A DNA stretch of 64,000 bases from Promethearchaeia archaeon (lineage in GTDB: Archaea > Asgardarchaeota > Lokiarchaeia > Sigyniarchaeales > SOKP01). Positions 45,757 through 56,156 of the stretch are shown in pieces. The position numbers and the translations under genes were made by a program. Within the stretch, counting starts at the first letter, position 1. Every line of letters begins with the position of its first letter. The notes beneath the pieces are model-generated. The model ran no database searches. It was not told the DNA's origin and worked only from the letters and a program-made list of their open reading frames with translations. The stretch lies in the NCBI GenBank assembly GCA_029856125.1, contig JAHQWJ010000120.1, forward strand, positions 1-64,000, written 5' to 3'.

Positions 45757-47109
45757 TTAATCTACTTTTTCTGCCATGTAAGGTTTTAACGCTTTAATTG
45801 CAATAGCGTAAAGTGGAATCACGGAGAGTTCGATAAAAATCGAAATCACGAAAGGAGCAAATGTGCCTATACTTTCATAAGCTAATCCTCCTATTATAGG
45901 TCCCAAAACCGCACCTAATAAGCTCAACCACTGTGCAGCTCCAAAAATCTTTCCACGATGAATTTTTGATATACGACTGAGAATATTCTGTAAAATTAAG
46001 TTACCCCCCCAGGCAAAAGTCGAATCGAAGAGTAGAAGGATACCAAACATATAACCTGATGTCGAGTTAATTATTAACCCCGTTACTAAAGCACCTAAAC
46101 CGCTCACAAAAACCATCCCTAGTACAGGATTAATTTTGTCAGCAATTTTACCTAATTTTGGTGCTAATAATAATGAAATAATTTGACTTGGAAAATAGAT
46201 TAGCATAACAAGAGTGGGATCTAGGATGTTTAATTCATCGTTTAAATAACCTTGAAAGAAAGGAAATGCTAATGATTGATTAAAATTGCTGGTCATAAAA
46301 GCAATGACTAAAACACTGAAACCGATAAAAAATCCAATTGCTAAATTATTTCTTGATTCTAAAGGTGCCTCAGATATGACTGGTTCTTTGGATACAACAC
46401 TCGTTTCTACTGATGATGGAAATAAATTAAAAATATGCTTGTCAAATGTTAAATTCTCATCTACTTTGAAATGAAATATAAAACCTCCCAATACGTTAGA
46501 TAGAGCGAATAAAAGTAGTGGGGAGTAGACCAAAAAGAGATTCTCAGGTACAAAAATATTAGAAAAGCTAAAAATCGTAATACTAATAATTGATCCAACT
46601 AAATTTCCTTTTCCTATCATTCCTCCACGTTTTCCAAAAGCAAACGAACGGTTAGTTTTATTTGATTTCTCGGAAATTAATGTATCTAGTGGAGTCCAAA
46701 AAAAACCAACAAAAAATCCTAAAATAAACATACCAGCAGTAAACAACAATAAAGACGATAGAAGAATTCCTATATACATTAGAATATAGCAAGCTGCACG
46801 CCCAAAACTTCCAATTAGGATTAATAATTTCCTTGAAACGCGGTCAGTCAAATAACCTACAAGAGGAGCACTAAGTAAACCCCCGATCATTTGTATTGAA
46901 AAAGCAAAGCCTAATTCCGTTGGTGAAGCTTCCAATAATTGATTTATGACGTGAGGGATCAAAAATGAAAAGAAGAAGAACCCCATACTATTCCAAAAGA
47001 TAATTCTTATCATTGGTATAAAATCTGGAGTCATTTTCACATCATTTTCACCCTCTTGTCCATTAGCCTTGAAGCTATCTAATTCTTGCTCCTTGGGGGT
47101 GCTAATCAT
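45757..47109 (-). CDS. MFS transporter
   Basis: GYLTDRVSRK motif A, GKIADKIN, about 12 TM segments. Confidence 0.88.
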   Translation of the reverse strand: MISTPKEQELDSFKANGQEGENDVKMTPDFIPMIRIIFWNSMGFFFFSFLIPHVINQLLEASPTELGFAFSIQMIGGLLSAPLVGYLTDRVSRKLLILIGSFGRAACYILMYIGILLSSLLLFTAGMFILGFFVGFFWTPLDTLISEKSNKTNRSFAFGKRGGMIGKGNLVGSIISITIFSFSNIFVPENLFLVYSPLLLFALSNVLGGFIFHFKVDENLTFDKHIFNLFPSSVETSVVSKEPVISEAPLESRNNLAIGFFIGFSVLVIAFMTSNFNQSLAFPFFQGYLNDELNILDPTLVMLIYFPSQIISLLLAPKLGKIADKINPVLGMVFVSGLGALVTGLIINSTSGYMFGILLLFDSTFAWGGNLILQNILSRISKIHRGKIFGAAQWLSLLGAVLGPIIGGLAYESIGTFAPFVISIFIELSVIPLYAIAIKALKPYMAEKVD

Positions 47110-47295
47110 ATCAGAACGATTTTTAGCGTCAGGATTTTTTGACAGTTAATAAAACACCTTTTTGCACAATTATACTAGAAAAAGAGCCATATCCTAAATA
47201 GTTCATCATTTCAGCACAAATTAGTATCTTATCGATTATAGGGAATAACCTTTTTTTTATAGAAATACTATACTAATTTTATTACAATTTGATTT

Positions 47296-48315
47296 ATGAA
47301 AAAAAAAGTGAAAATTCAAATGTTAACTCCAGAACACATTAAAGAAATCTTAAATGATTATACAGTAAATCTTAGATTCCATGCCCGCGGAGGACAAGGA
47401 GGTGTAACCGCTTCAAATCTCTGCGTGGAAGCTTTCTATGGTTACGGCGTGTGCCAACCTAGGTTTGGTGCGGAACGTATGGGAAGTCCAACTGAAAGTT
47501 ACGTTCGACTCTCTGCGAATGCTGATCTTGTTAGATCAAACGAACAAGTGTATGCTCCTCACTTTGTTTCTGTTTTAGATCCCTCTTTATTAACAGAAGT
47601 AGATGTGGTGGCAGGTATCCCAAAAGGAGGCTGGTTAATTGTCAATACAGAGATGGATCAATTAACAATTCAAGATACCGTCAAGCGGAAAGACATAAAT
47701 ATTGCAACAATAGATGCAACTCGAATCGCTCTTGATGTTTTAGGAAGAAATATTACCAACACTATTATATTGGGAGCTTTAATTCGTGTGTCTCATCTCT
47801 TTACGCTTGAAGAATTATCTGACGCTATAATGAAGCGATTTAAAGGAGAAATAGCTGGAAAAAATATTCAGGCAATTAAACAGGCAATTGAAGAAACATG
47901 CATTTATGACATGGGGATCGAGCCAGATTTCACCGTGGACAGTAAAGTACCATGGCAACAAGTATCTTTAGGGTTGCCAGGATACAAAGATTTAGATAAA
48001 GCTGGTGTTTGGTATTGCGATGAAGATGTAATCCCTGTTGGAAGCGATCAAGTAAATACTGGGTCGTGGGGTGAATGGGAAATACTATGGGACGAAGAAA
48101 CTTGTACTAATTGCGCGCAGTGCTGGTTTATATGTCCTGATTTTGCCATTCTTAGAAAATTAGGTGATGACGGTAAATACCATATGGTTGGTATCGATGT
48201 GTTTCACTGTAAAGCTTGTCAAAATTGTCTTAATATTTGTCCCGTTCAAGCCATAAGTAAACGAGCAAAACAGGGTCCTGCTGCTTGTGCATCACCAGAA
48301 GAAGGAGGTAATTAA
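47296..48315 (+). CDS. 2-oxoacid:ferredoxin oxidoreductase gamma-delta fusion
   Basis: RFHARGGQGGVT, FGAERMGSP, NTIILGA, then NTGSW, CTNCAQCWFICPD and CKACQNCLNICP. Confidence 0.9.
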   Translation: MKKKVKIQMLTPEHIKEILNDYTVNLRFHARGGQGGVTASNLCVEAFYGYGVCQPRFGAERMGSPTESYVRLSANADLVRSNEQVYAPHFVSVLDPSLLTEVDVVAGIPKGGWLIVNTEMDQLTIQDTVKRKDINIATIDATRIALDVLGRNITNTIILGALIRVSHLFTLEELSDAIMKRFKGEIAGKNIQAIKQAIEETCIYDMGIEPDFTVDSKVPWQQVSLGLPGYKDLDKAGVWYCDEDVIPVGSDQVNTGSWGEWEILWDEETCTNCAQCWFICPDFAILRKLGDDGKYHMVGIDVFHCKACQNCLNICPVQAISKRAKQGPAACASPEEGGN

Positions 48316-48316
48316 A

Positions 48317-49540
48317 ATGTCAATAGAACCAATGAAATTATTTTTTAAGGAAATTAAAGAACCAATTGAAACTGCTATGATTGGTAATTACGCCGTAGCA
48401 GGGGGTGTCACTCAGACAGATCCCGATGTGGTATGTGCATTCCCGATTACGCCTCAAACACAATCTGTTGAGGGGCTATCCGATGTGGTTCATCAAGGAA
48501 GGTTGAAAGCAGCCTTCGTTAATGTCGAATCTGAATTAGCCGCTATTAGTTACTCAACCGCAGCTTGTGCAGCTGGTGCTAGAACTTTTACAGCAACTGC
48601 GTCTCAAGGCTATTTACTAATGTCGGAAGCTTTACCTATGGCTGTAGGGTGGCGAGTTCCCTTAACAATGATGATCTCCGCCCGAGCTTTCAACGCTCCA
48701 AATCTATCCATTTGGAATAGTTGGGAATTTGTTATTACTGATTATGGGTGGAATTGTATTGTTTCAGAAAATGTTCAAGAGACTTATGATGCTGCAATTT
48801 TGTCAGTCATGATGTCTGACAACTCGTTATTTCCAACTATGTTTGTACACGATGGTTTTATAATTTCTCATTCAGTTCAAAAACTATGGTTAATTCCCGA
48901 TGAGGTTGTACGTAAATTAACGCCAAGGAAACCTCGTCATACAATCACAACTGAGCGTCCAGGAGTCTGGGGTGGAATAGTTACGCCAGGATTTTTCATG
49001 GAAGGAAGAATGGGATTAGATATAGCTAAAAAATCAGTATTAGATGTAATGAAAAATTCTTTTGATGAATTCGGAAAAGCAACCGGTCGCCATTATAAAT
49101 TAATTGAGACCTATAACTTGGATAACTCCTCAAAGACAGCGTTTATTACGATGGGGTCAATGTGTGGAAACATTATTAGCTGGATGACGAAAAATAAAGA
49201 TATAGGATTAATCAAAATCAGAGTGTACAGACCTTTCCCTTACGAAGAGTTACAAAAGATTGTCCAAGAGCATAATATTGAAAAACTAATCATCTTAGAG
49301 AAATCAGATGCATTAAATAATCTTCTACCGCCATTTTCCACCTCAATAGCAACGGCGTTGTATCCGCTTAAAACGCTATTTAGATGTTTTATTGTAGGTT
49401 TAGGGGGAAGAGATGTTACTCGAGACGAATTTTCAGTCGCTAAGAAGAAAATGGAGTCTGTTACCAACATGAAAGGACAACTCTATACGTATCTAGGTGT
49501 TAGAGAAACTAAGGATAAAATACACGAGGTGAATATATAA
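48317..49540 (+). CDS. porA: 2-oxoacid:ferredoxin oxidoreductase alpha subunit (likely start ATG 48317 after GGAGG; ORF track 48287)
   Basis: GNYAVA, FPITPQT, ESE, TATASQG, DGFIISH, GLGGRD. Confidence 0.88.
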   Translation: MSIEPMKLFFKEIKEPIETAMIGNYAVAGGVTQTDPDVVCAFPITPQTQSVEGLSDVVHQGRLKAAFVNVESELAAISYSTAACAAGARTFTATASQGYLLMSEALPMAVGWRVPLTMMISARAFNAPNLSIWNSWEFVITDYGWNCIVSENVQETYDAAILSVMMSDNSLFPTMFVHDGFIISHSVQKLWLIPDEVVRKLTPRKPRHTITTERPGVWGGIVTPGFFMEGRMGLDIAKKSVLDVMKNSFDEFGKATGRHYKLIETYNLDNSSKTAFITMGSMCGNIISWMTKNKDIGLIKIRVYRPFPYEELQKIVQEHNIEKLIILEKSDALNNLLPPFSTSIATALYPLKTLFRCFIVGLGGRDVTRDEFSVAKKKMESVTNMKGQLYTYLGVRETKDKIHEVNI

Positions 49541-49541
49541 A

Positions 49542-50630
49542 ATGTCGAAACCAGAGAGAAATGTTATACCGTTTGAAGATATCCTAGCAAGAGACGGGAA
49601 AAGTAACGTATTGTTCCTTAACTACGATAACGAAGCTTTTATGAACACTGGTATCCAAGAATCAGGAGCAACTCCGCCTTATGCTTCAACAACGACTGGC
49701 CCGGGAGGAGAGAAAATACCTGGAAAAGTAGGTGTTAAGCAAGATCTGGTCACTCCCTTTGCTTTTTTCGGCACAAAATCTCTGTTCTTAGCCACTGCTA
49801 ATCCCGCTTATCCCGCAGACTTCATGGGAAAATTCGCTGATGCGATGAAATCAAATGGATCTGCTTTCATTCAAACGTATTCAGATTGCATGCGAGGATG
49901 GCGCCATGCCGCCGAAGACGCCGTGAAAATTTCAAAACTAGCTACGGATTGTGGGTATTGGCCTCTTTATACGATAAGAGTCAAAGACGGAATACCAACA
50001 TTTTCTTATTATCGCGGATTAGATATTGACAAAGAAAAATTCGTAGAATATCTTAAATCTATGGGCAAATTCAAGCATTTATTTAAACCGAGATTCATGG
50101 AAAAAGAAATTGACGAGATAATTTATTTAACAGAACAACGAAATCTCAAACTAAAAAAACTTATTGAAACATTCGGAGCTGAAAAACCTATAGACTTCTA
50201 TAAAGTTAATCGAAGAACCTTAAAGCCTCAAACGCATCTGCACCCGGGGCACGGATTATGTCCCGGTTGCGGTGCTGGAATGGTATTAAATCAAATGGCA
50301 ACTGTAGCCACTGCTGTCGCTGGAAACAATATTATATATGTAAACAATACCAGCTGTGCTGAAGTCTCTACTTCCAAAGATTTTGTAACCTCGTGGAAAG
50401 TTCCTTGGGTTCACCACTTATTTGAAAGCGGAGCTACTATAGCAGAAGGAATAAGTACCACCTATAAAATCTTAAAAGCTAAGGGACGATTTAGTGGAGA
50501 AGTACCGTATGTTATACACATTGCCGGGGATGGTTCTACCTACGATATCGGATTTCAATTTCTCAAAGCTGCTCTCATCCGAACAAGCTCTTTCGTTGAA
50601 ATGAATGAATATTTATCAAGTCAGAAATAA
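49542..50630 (+). CDS. porB: 2-oxoacid:ferredoxin oxidoreductase beta subunit, circularly permuted
   Basis: YDNEAFMNTGIQ at the N-terminus; GHGLCPGCG and GDGSTYDIGFQ at the C-terminus. Confidence 0.88.
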   Translation: MSKPERNVIPFEDILARDGKSNVLFLNYDNEAFMNTGIQESGATPPYASTTTGPGGEKIPGKVGVKQDLVTPFAFFGTKSLFLATANPAYPADFMGKFADAMKSNGSAFIQTYSDCMRGWRHAAEDAVKISKLATDCGYWPLYTIRVKDGIPTFSYYRGLDIDKEKFVEYLKSMGKFKHLFKPRFMEKEIDEIIYLTEQRNLKLKKLIETFGAEKPIDFYKVNRRTLKPQTHLHPGHGLCPGCGAGMVLNQMATVATAVAGNNIIYVNNTSCAEVSTSKDFVTSWKVPWVHHLFESGATIAEGISTTYKILKAKGRFSGEVPYVIHIAGDGSTYDIGFQFLKAALIRTSSFVEMNEYLSSQK

Positions 50631-50797
50631 TTTTATTTTTTTCTCTTCTTTTATTATCAACTATATACAAAACTATTTTCAGATGTGTTTACTGATAAGT
50701 CTAAATTCTCTGAATTTAGGTAATATTTTTTTGCATACCATTATTCTACTCACTAATAGTAATCTTTTATTTTAATTTAATTAGTTTTAGCAGATAA

Positions 50798-51958
50798 ATG
50801 GTCTTAACAAAACGAGAACGTGTATTCAAAGCCCTCGAGCTTGATGGCGAACCGGATATGGTTCCTATACATTTATTTGGTTTTGAGCAAACAGGGCTTT
50901 CCTTCCAAGCTTTTAAAGAATCAGAAGAAAGGAAAAAATATCATAGTTCCGTAAAAAATACGAAATCTAAAGTTAAATACTATATTACAGAACAACGCTT
51001 TTGGAACGCCGATCTTTATGGAATGGACCCATTTGGGGAAAATAAAATAAAAGTGAGATATGAAAACGCACCTCCTGAATACGCTGGCTGTCGGCTTAAT
51101 AGGATGGACGGCAGATTATACAGAACTGTGAAGCAAGTTAATACAGGTTTGGAATATGCTTGGTATGTTGGAGGTTATTTTACAAATCCGGAGATCTTGC
51201 ATTCTTATTGGGATCAGTATGGAAAACCCACTGAATTGATCAACGATAGGGTTAAATATTCGACTCAAACATGGGAAGGATTTGTCGAAGCCCTTGCGCC
51301 TTATTTCTATCCAATGGCAAATTTGCCATTAAATCCCTCCGAAGTTTTAATTGGGGGGCTTTCTTTTACTCGTTTTTCTTATTATTTGCGCAAAAACCCC
51401 AAATTTATTCACGAAATTATGGACGAGTACACTAAGGTTAATATTGAAATAATTAAACGATTAGCTGAAGTAGGCGTTGATATAGTTATGTTTGGAGATG
51501 ATTTGGGTTATAAAGATAATGGATTCTTTTCTATGAAAGTTTTTCGAGAATTTATCCTTCCATATCACAAAAGAATTTACAACACATGCAAAAAAAGGGG
51601 TGTGTTAGTTGTACTCCATTCTTGTGGAAAAGTTGATCAATATTTACCTGATTTAGTTGATGCTGGTCTTAACTGCATTCAATCTTTAGAAGCAACAGCA
51701 GGAGTTGACTTGGCAGGATTAAAAGAATCGCTAGGAGATCGTTTGTGTTTTATGGGTGGATTGGACTCCTCAGGGGTTTTAACACATGGAACTCCCGAAG
51801 ATACGTACGAAAATGTAAGGAGTACAATAAAGGAGACTGGAAAAGGCGGCGGTTTTTTCGTAGGACCTAGTCACGACATCTTAAATATGCCGTGGGAGAA
51901 TGTTTTAGCAATGAGAGCTGCTATTGAGAAGTATCGTAAATACCCTTTAAAAGTTTAA
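50798..51958 (+). CDS. UroD/MtaA-CmuA superfamily protein
   Basis: KRERV..AL...EPDMVP, GDDLG, LHSCG, GGLD, GTPE, GPSH. Confidence 0.85.
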   Translation: MVLTKRERVFKALELDGEPDMVPIHLFGFEQTGLSFQAFKESEERKKYHSSVKNTKSKVKYYITEQRFWNADLYGMDPFGENKIKVRYENAPPEYAGCRLNRMDGRLYRTVKQVNTGLEYAWYVGGYFTNPEILHSYWDQYGKPTELINDRVKYSTQTWEGFVEALAPYFYPMANLPLNPSEVLIGGLSFTRFSYYLRKNPKFIHEIMDEYTKVNIEIIKRLAEVGVDIVMFGDDLGYKDNGFFSMKVFREFILPYHKRIYNTCKKRGVLVVLHSCGKVDQYLPDLVDAGLNCIQSLEATAGVDLAGLKESLGDRLCFMGGLDSSGVLTHGTPEDTYENVRSTIKETGKGGGFFVGPSHDILNMPWENVLAMRAAIEKYRKYPLKV

Positions 51959-51984
51959 AAAGCGAGTATAATATTGTAACGAAT

Positions 51985-53265
51985 TTAGTAATGCCAATTA
52001 CTTGAAAATATATTATTGATCTCTTTAAGAATATCCTTTCGATACTTGTTTTCTAATTCCAATTTTTTAGAAAGCAAAAAATTATTTAACTTCTCCTTGG
52101 TAATTTTATTCTCTCCTTGTTCTTTTAACCAATTTGTTGCTTCATGTATGAATTCACCCTCACGACCTCCGATAAAGTTAGGTAAATATTGGTTTGTGAT
52201 ATATTCCGATCGGTAAAAGGTCCGTACATATAATCCTTTAGGATCCAGATTTTTATAGAGGTGTGAAACATTTTCCGGTGCAGAATCAATTACTAGGTTT
52301 TTTCCTGCTTCTTGAATTTTTTTGTAAAGAGGTATCCAATCATTCGAGCCCATGGATGCATTCCCTGCGCCTGGAACCCATTGGATTCCTGTTATGCTGG
52401 GTTCCTTCAATAGATAATCTAAATGTGGTAAAGCGTTTGGTCCGTCTAGATGATAGATTGCGTAATCCATGTGGTTAGCTTGCTCTACGAGATCTGGCAA
52501 CACAAATTCTTTAAACCATTTAGGATTCAGCATCGCACAAAAATCGCTCTGTAACGCATACCATCGTTTTTTACCCCAAACTCCCAACCAACAAGTACAC
52601 CCATCACAATATTGTTCAATAATTTTCTGTAAATCATCGTACACTCTTAATAATTTCTCTAGAATAATAGATCGACTTGTATCTATAACTTCAGGCTTTC
52701 TTTTCATGGTTAGAATTATGTTGGTTGGTCCTAAGAACGATGAAAGTATATCCAAAACACCACCAATATCAGTCATCGATATTAAGTAGTTCTTTCCCGC
52801 TCTCTTCGCAGCAGTTTCAGTTATTCTGAGTAATCTCGAATACCATTCGTTGTTTTGATTTAGCTTAATACTTTCCAAGTGTTCTATGATATCTTCTGGT
52901 TTTGTTGGGCGACTAAACCATACAGTTCCCGTTTTAAATTGGGGTTTTACTCCAAAGACAGCAGCCATAATTCCTGGTCCATAATTGGGAAAATAAAAAG
53001 GAAACGATTCTCCTCCAAAATAGGTTTCCCCTGCTCGTTTTTCATATCCATCCAGTGCATCATCAATGTCCTCATAGTTTTTAGCTAAGGTCCAATCTTC
53101 ACCTACGGTATCTAAAAATACTCCAAGTTTTCCTCTTTTTTTTGGATAATAATAGCTTAGAACTGGACGATCGATGATTTCGTGATCCCACCATGCGTTC
53201 ATTCGCTCCTTTGCTTCATCAATATCCCCTTTATATTCCATAAAAAAAAGATTAAAACAAATCAA
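51985..53265 (-). CDS. UroD/MtaA-superfamily TIM-barrel protein (divergent subfamily)
   Basis: AWWDHEIIDRP, NYGPG, LQSDFCAMLNPKWFKEFVLP, YHLDGP, IQWVPGAG. Confidence 0.72.
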   Translation of the reverse strand: MICFNLFFMEYKGDIDEAKERMNAWWDHEIIDRPVLSYYYPKKRGKLGVFLDTVGEDWTLAKNYEDIDDALDGYEKRAGETYFGGESFPFYFPNYGPGIMAAVFGVKPQFKTGTVWFSRPTKPEDIIEHLESIKLNQNNEWYSRLLRITETAAKRAGKNYLISMTDIGGVLDILSSFLGPTNIILTMKRKPEVIDTSRSIILEKLLRVYDDLQKIIEQYCDGCTCWLGVWGKKRWYALQSDFCAMLNPKWFKEFVLPDLVEQANHMDYAIYHLDGPNALPHLDYLLKEPSITGIQWVPGAGNASMGSNDWIPLYKKIQEAGKNLVIDSAPENVSHLYKNLDPKGLYVRTFYRSEYITNQYLPNFIGGREGEFIHEATNWLKEQGENKITKEKLNNFLLSKKLELENKYRKDILKEINNIFSSNWHY

Positions 53266-53399
53266 ATTAATTTTTACATTTTACAAATTTGAGTTTAATG
53301 AATCTTTTCTAAAGATAACTTTGAGGTTCAATCTTGTTTGGCTAATCCGAAATTTTTAAGATAATTCTGGAATTATATAACATTATTCGAGGAATTAAA

Positions 53400-56156
53400 A
53401 TGACAAGCGAATTAACGAAAATTTACGATCATAGCGTAATTGAAAAAGAGTTATATGAATGGTGGGAGAAAGAAGGATTCTTTAGACCAGAGAAATCCAA
53501 AGAGTTAGGGCTCACTAACGAGGATTCTGAACGATATTGTATAACAATTCCTTTACCAAATGTAACTGGGCAACTTCACTTAGGACATGCAATTACTATC
53601 TCTTTAGAAGATTTAATGACCCGATACGAGCGCATGCGCCATAAAGAAACTCTTTACATACCAGGTACAGATCACGCTGGCATTGCAACTCAAAATGTCG
53701 TCGAACGTGAACTTTTGAAGCAAGGCATTAAACGCAAAGATTTAGGACGGGAAAAGTTTGTTGAAAAAGTTTGGGAATGGAAAGATAAGTATCAGAAACG
53801 AATTACGGAGCAATCAAAAAGTTTGGGGATTAGTAGTGATTGGACTCGAGAACATTTTACATTAGACCCTGATTTATCACGAGCAGTTCGCGAAGCATTT
53901 TATAGACTTTATAATAAGAAATTAATTTATCGTGGAGAATATCTAGTTAATTGGTGCCCTGGAAGGTGTGAGTCGGCAATTTCTGATCTCGAAACAGAAT
54001 CTATAGAAGAACAAGGGCAATTATGGTATATAAAATATCCAATTATTACCAATTCCTGGAATGGTCCTCAACATCCTTGGTCAAGTGGTAAGTGGGCGGA
54101 AGGCGTAACAGATTTTATTATTGTAGCAACAACTAGACCGGAAACATTATTAGGAGATAGTGCGATTGCAACAATAGGTTCACATCCAAAATACGCCAAA
54201 TATATTGGAAAGAAAGCAGTGTTACCAGCAGTTGGTCGTTTTATCCCAGTTATTGTAGACGAACATGTAGATCCCGAATTTGGAACAGGAGCCTTAAAGA
54301 TTACTCCCGCACACGATCCAAACGATTTTGAAATAGGACAAAAACATAATTTGGAGTTTATAAATATTTTTAGTGAGAATGCAGAGATATTACCTGGTTT
54401 CGTTGATTCTTATACTGGATTAGATAGATATGAGTGTCGAGAAGCTATAATTAAGGATTTGGAAAAAGAAGGGCTTTTGACTGAAATTGAACCATATAAT
54501 TACGCCATCGCACATTGCCAGAGATGTCACACTATAATTGAACCTCGTGTCTCAATTCAGTGGTTCGTGAGTACAAAAACACTTGCAGAAGCTGCAGTGG
54601 AAAAAGTACGCGCTGGGGAAACCAAAATCATTCCTTTCCGAGAAGAACAGCGATTCTTTCAATGGATGGAAAATATTCACGATTGGTGTATTTCACGTCA
54701 GCTCTGGTGGGGCCACAGAATCCCCGTCTGGTATTGTGACGATTGTGATGCTGAAATATGTCCTAAACCTGATGTAGATGCAGTCGAAACCTGTCCAAAA
54801 TGCGGTAGTTCCAAAGTTCATCAAGATGAAGATGTGTTAGATACTTGGTTTTCTAGCGGATTATGGCCGTTTTCGACTTTAGGATGGCCTAATGTTGATC
54901 ATCCAGACTTCAAAAGATTTTTCCCTACAGATACCAGAGAAACAGGTTATGACATCCTCTTTTTTTGGGTTGCTCGAGAATTGATGATGGGTATTGAATT
55001 GACAGGACAAGTACCCTATCATATGGTGTATTTACATGGTTTAATAAGGGATGAAAAAGGAAAGAAAATTAGTAAATCGATGGAAAATGTGGATCAATAC
55101 GATCCTTTAGTAATTATTAAGGAATTCGGAGCAGATTCTCTTCGTTACGTTCTCATCTCTAATAGTGTCCCTGGATTGGATACGAATTTGGACCCAAAAA
55201 ACATTGATGTTGCCCATAAATATTGTAATAAAATCTGGCAAGCGTCTCGCTACGTTTTAACAAACATTACTTCAGAAGAGAAAATTCCCAAAATCGATGA
55301 ACTCGAATTGGATAAGCTAAAATTTCCCGATAAATGGATTCTTTCTCGCTTGAACTCATTGATTAGAGATGTACAATCGTACATGGATAATTACGATTAC
55401 TTAAGGATGACAAGAGAAATAAAATCGTTTTTTTGGAGTGAATTTTGCGATTGGTACATTGAGATGAGCAAGATTTTTCTATACGATGAGAGTTATTCTG
55501 ACAAACATGTTCAGAAGGCGATACTCCTCCACGTATTAGAAACATTCTATAAATTATTACATCCTGTTATGCCGTTCATCACTGAAAAATTATGGCAAAC
55601 TCTTCCAGACAACCTTAAAACTACTCCCACAATAATGTATGCTCCTTGGCCAACAGCGCAAGAATCATTTATCGATCCAACCATAGAAAATAGTTTTCTC
55701 TTGATGGCAGATTTTGTTCGGGAGGTAAGATGGGTAAAACATGATTTTGGAATTCCCTTAAAAACACTTGTTCCATTACAAATTTCAATTGAAACTGAAG
55801 CTCATCGAGAATTGTTTGAATTATGTAGGAACGAATTAGTTAAAATGGCATTTATAGACGAAAATAAATTTATTATCGATAAAAAAATCGTCCCACCTCC
55901 TCAATCAGCCCGAATTGTGCTTAGTGGAATACCTGCATTTGTTCCCTTGTCTGGAATGATTGATCTTGAGAAGGAAAAAGCAAGAATCAACACATCGTTA
56001 GAAAAAGCCAGAAAAGAAGCAAATAAAATCGATAAAAAGCTTAAGAGTCAATTTTCCGAGAGAGCTCCAAAAGAATTAGTGGAAAAGGAAAGGCAAAACC
56101 TTGAAGAATTAAGGATTAAAATCGAACAACTTGAAGATCAATTAAAAATGCTCTAA
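53400..56156 (+). CDS. valS: Valyl-tRNA synthetase (bacterial/eukaryote-like, with C-terminal coiled coil)
   Basis: PNVTGQLHLGH, DHAGIATQ, TTRPET, WCISRQLWWGH, DTWFSS, KISKS. Confidence 0.95.
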   Translation: MTSELTKIYDHSVIEKELYEWWEKEGFFRPEKSKELGLTNEDSERYCITIPLPNVTGQLHLGHAITISLEDLMTRYERMRHKETLYIPGTDHAGIATQNVVERELLKQGIKRKDLGREKFVEKVWEWKDKYQKRITEQSKSLGISSDWTREHFTLDPDLSRAVREAFYRLYNKKLIYRGEYLVNWCPGRCESAISDLETESIEEQGQLWYIKYPIITNSWNGPQHPWSSGKWAEGVTDFIIVATTRPETLLGDSAIATIGSHPKYAKYIGKKAVLPAVGRFIPVIVDEHVDPEFGTGALKITPAHDPNDFEIGQKHNLEFINIFSENAEILPGFVDSYTGLDRYECREAIIKDLEKEGLLTEIEPYNYAIAHCQRCHTIIEPRVSIQWFVSTKTLAEAAVEKVRAGETKIIPFREEQRFFQWMENIHDWCISRQLWWGHRIPVWYCDDCDAEICPKPDVDAVETCPKCGSSKVHQDEDVLDTWFSSGLWPFSTLGWPNVDHPDFKRFFPTDTRETGYDILFFWVARELMMGIELTGQVPYHMVYLHGLIRDEKGKKISKSMENVDQYDPLVIIKEFGADSLRYVLISNSVPGLDTNLDPKNIDVAHKYCNKIWQASRYVLTNITSEEKIPKIDELELDKLKFPDKWILSRLNSLIRDVQSYMDNYDYLRMTREIKSFFWSEFCDWYIEMSKIFLYDESYSDKHVQKAILLHVLETFYKLLHPVMPFITEKLWQTLPDNLKTTPTIMYAPWPTAQESFIDPTIENSFLLMADFVREVRWVKHDFGIPLKTLVPLQISIETEAHRELFELCRNELVKMAFIDENKFIIDKKIVPPPQSARIVLSGIPAFVPLSGMIDLEKEKARINTSLEKARKEANKIDKKLKSQFSERAPKELVEKERQNLEELRIKIEQLEDQLKML

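Noticed and set aside
50701-50719. Inverted repeat CTAAATTC-TCT-GAATTTAG as a shared operator of the UroD-family genes
   Set aside because: No convincing copy upstream of the other three paralogs; could be a por operon terminator or chance
53266-53399. Val-rich leader peptide or T-box upstream of valS, by analogy with leuS
   Set aside because: Only very short ORFs (such as MNLF*) with no Val run; no T-box motif or comparable stem
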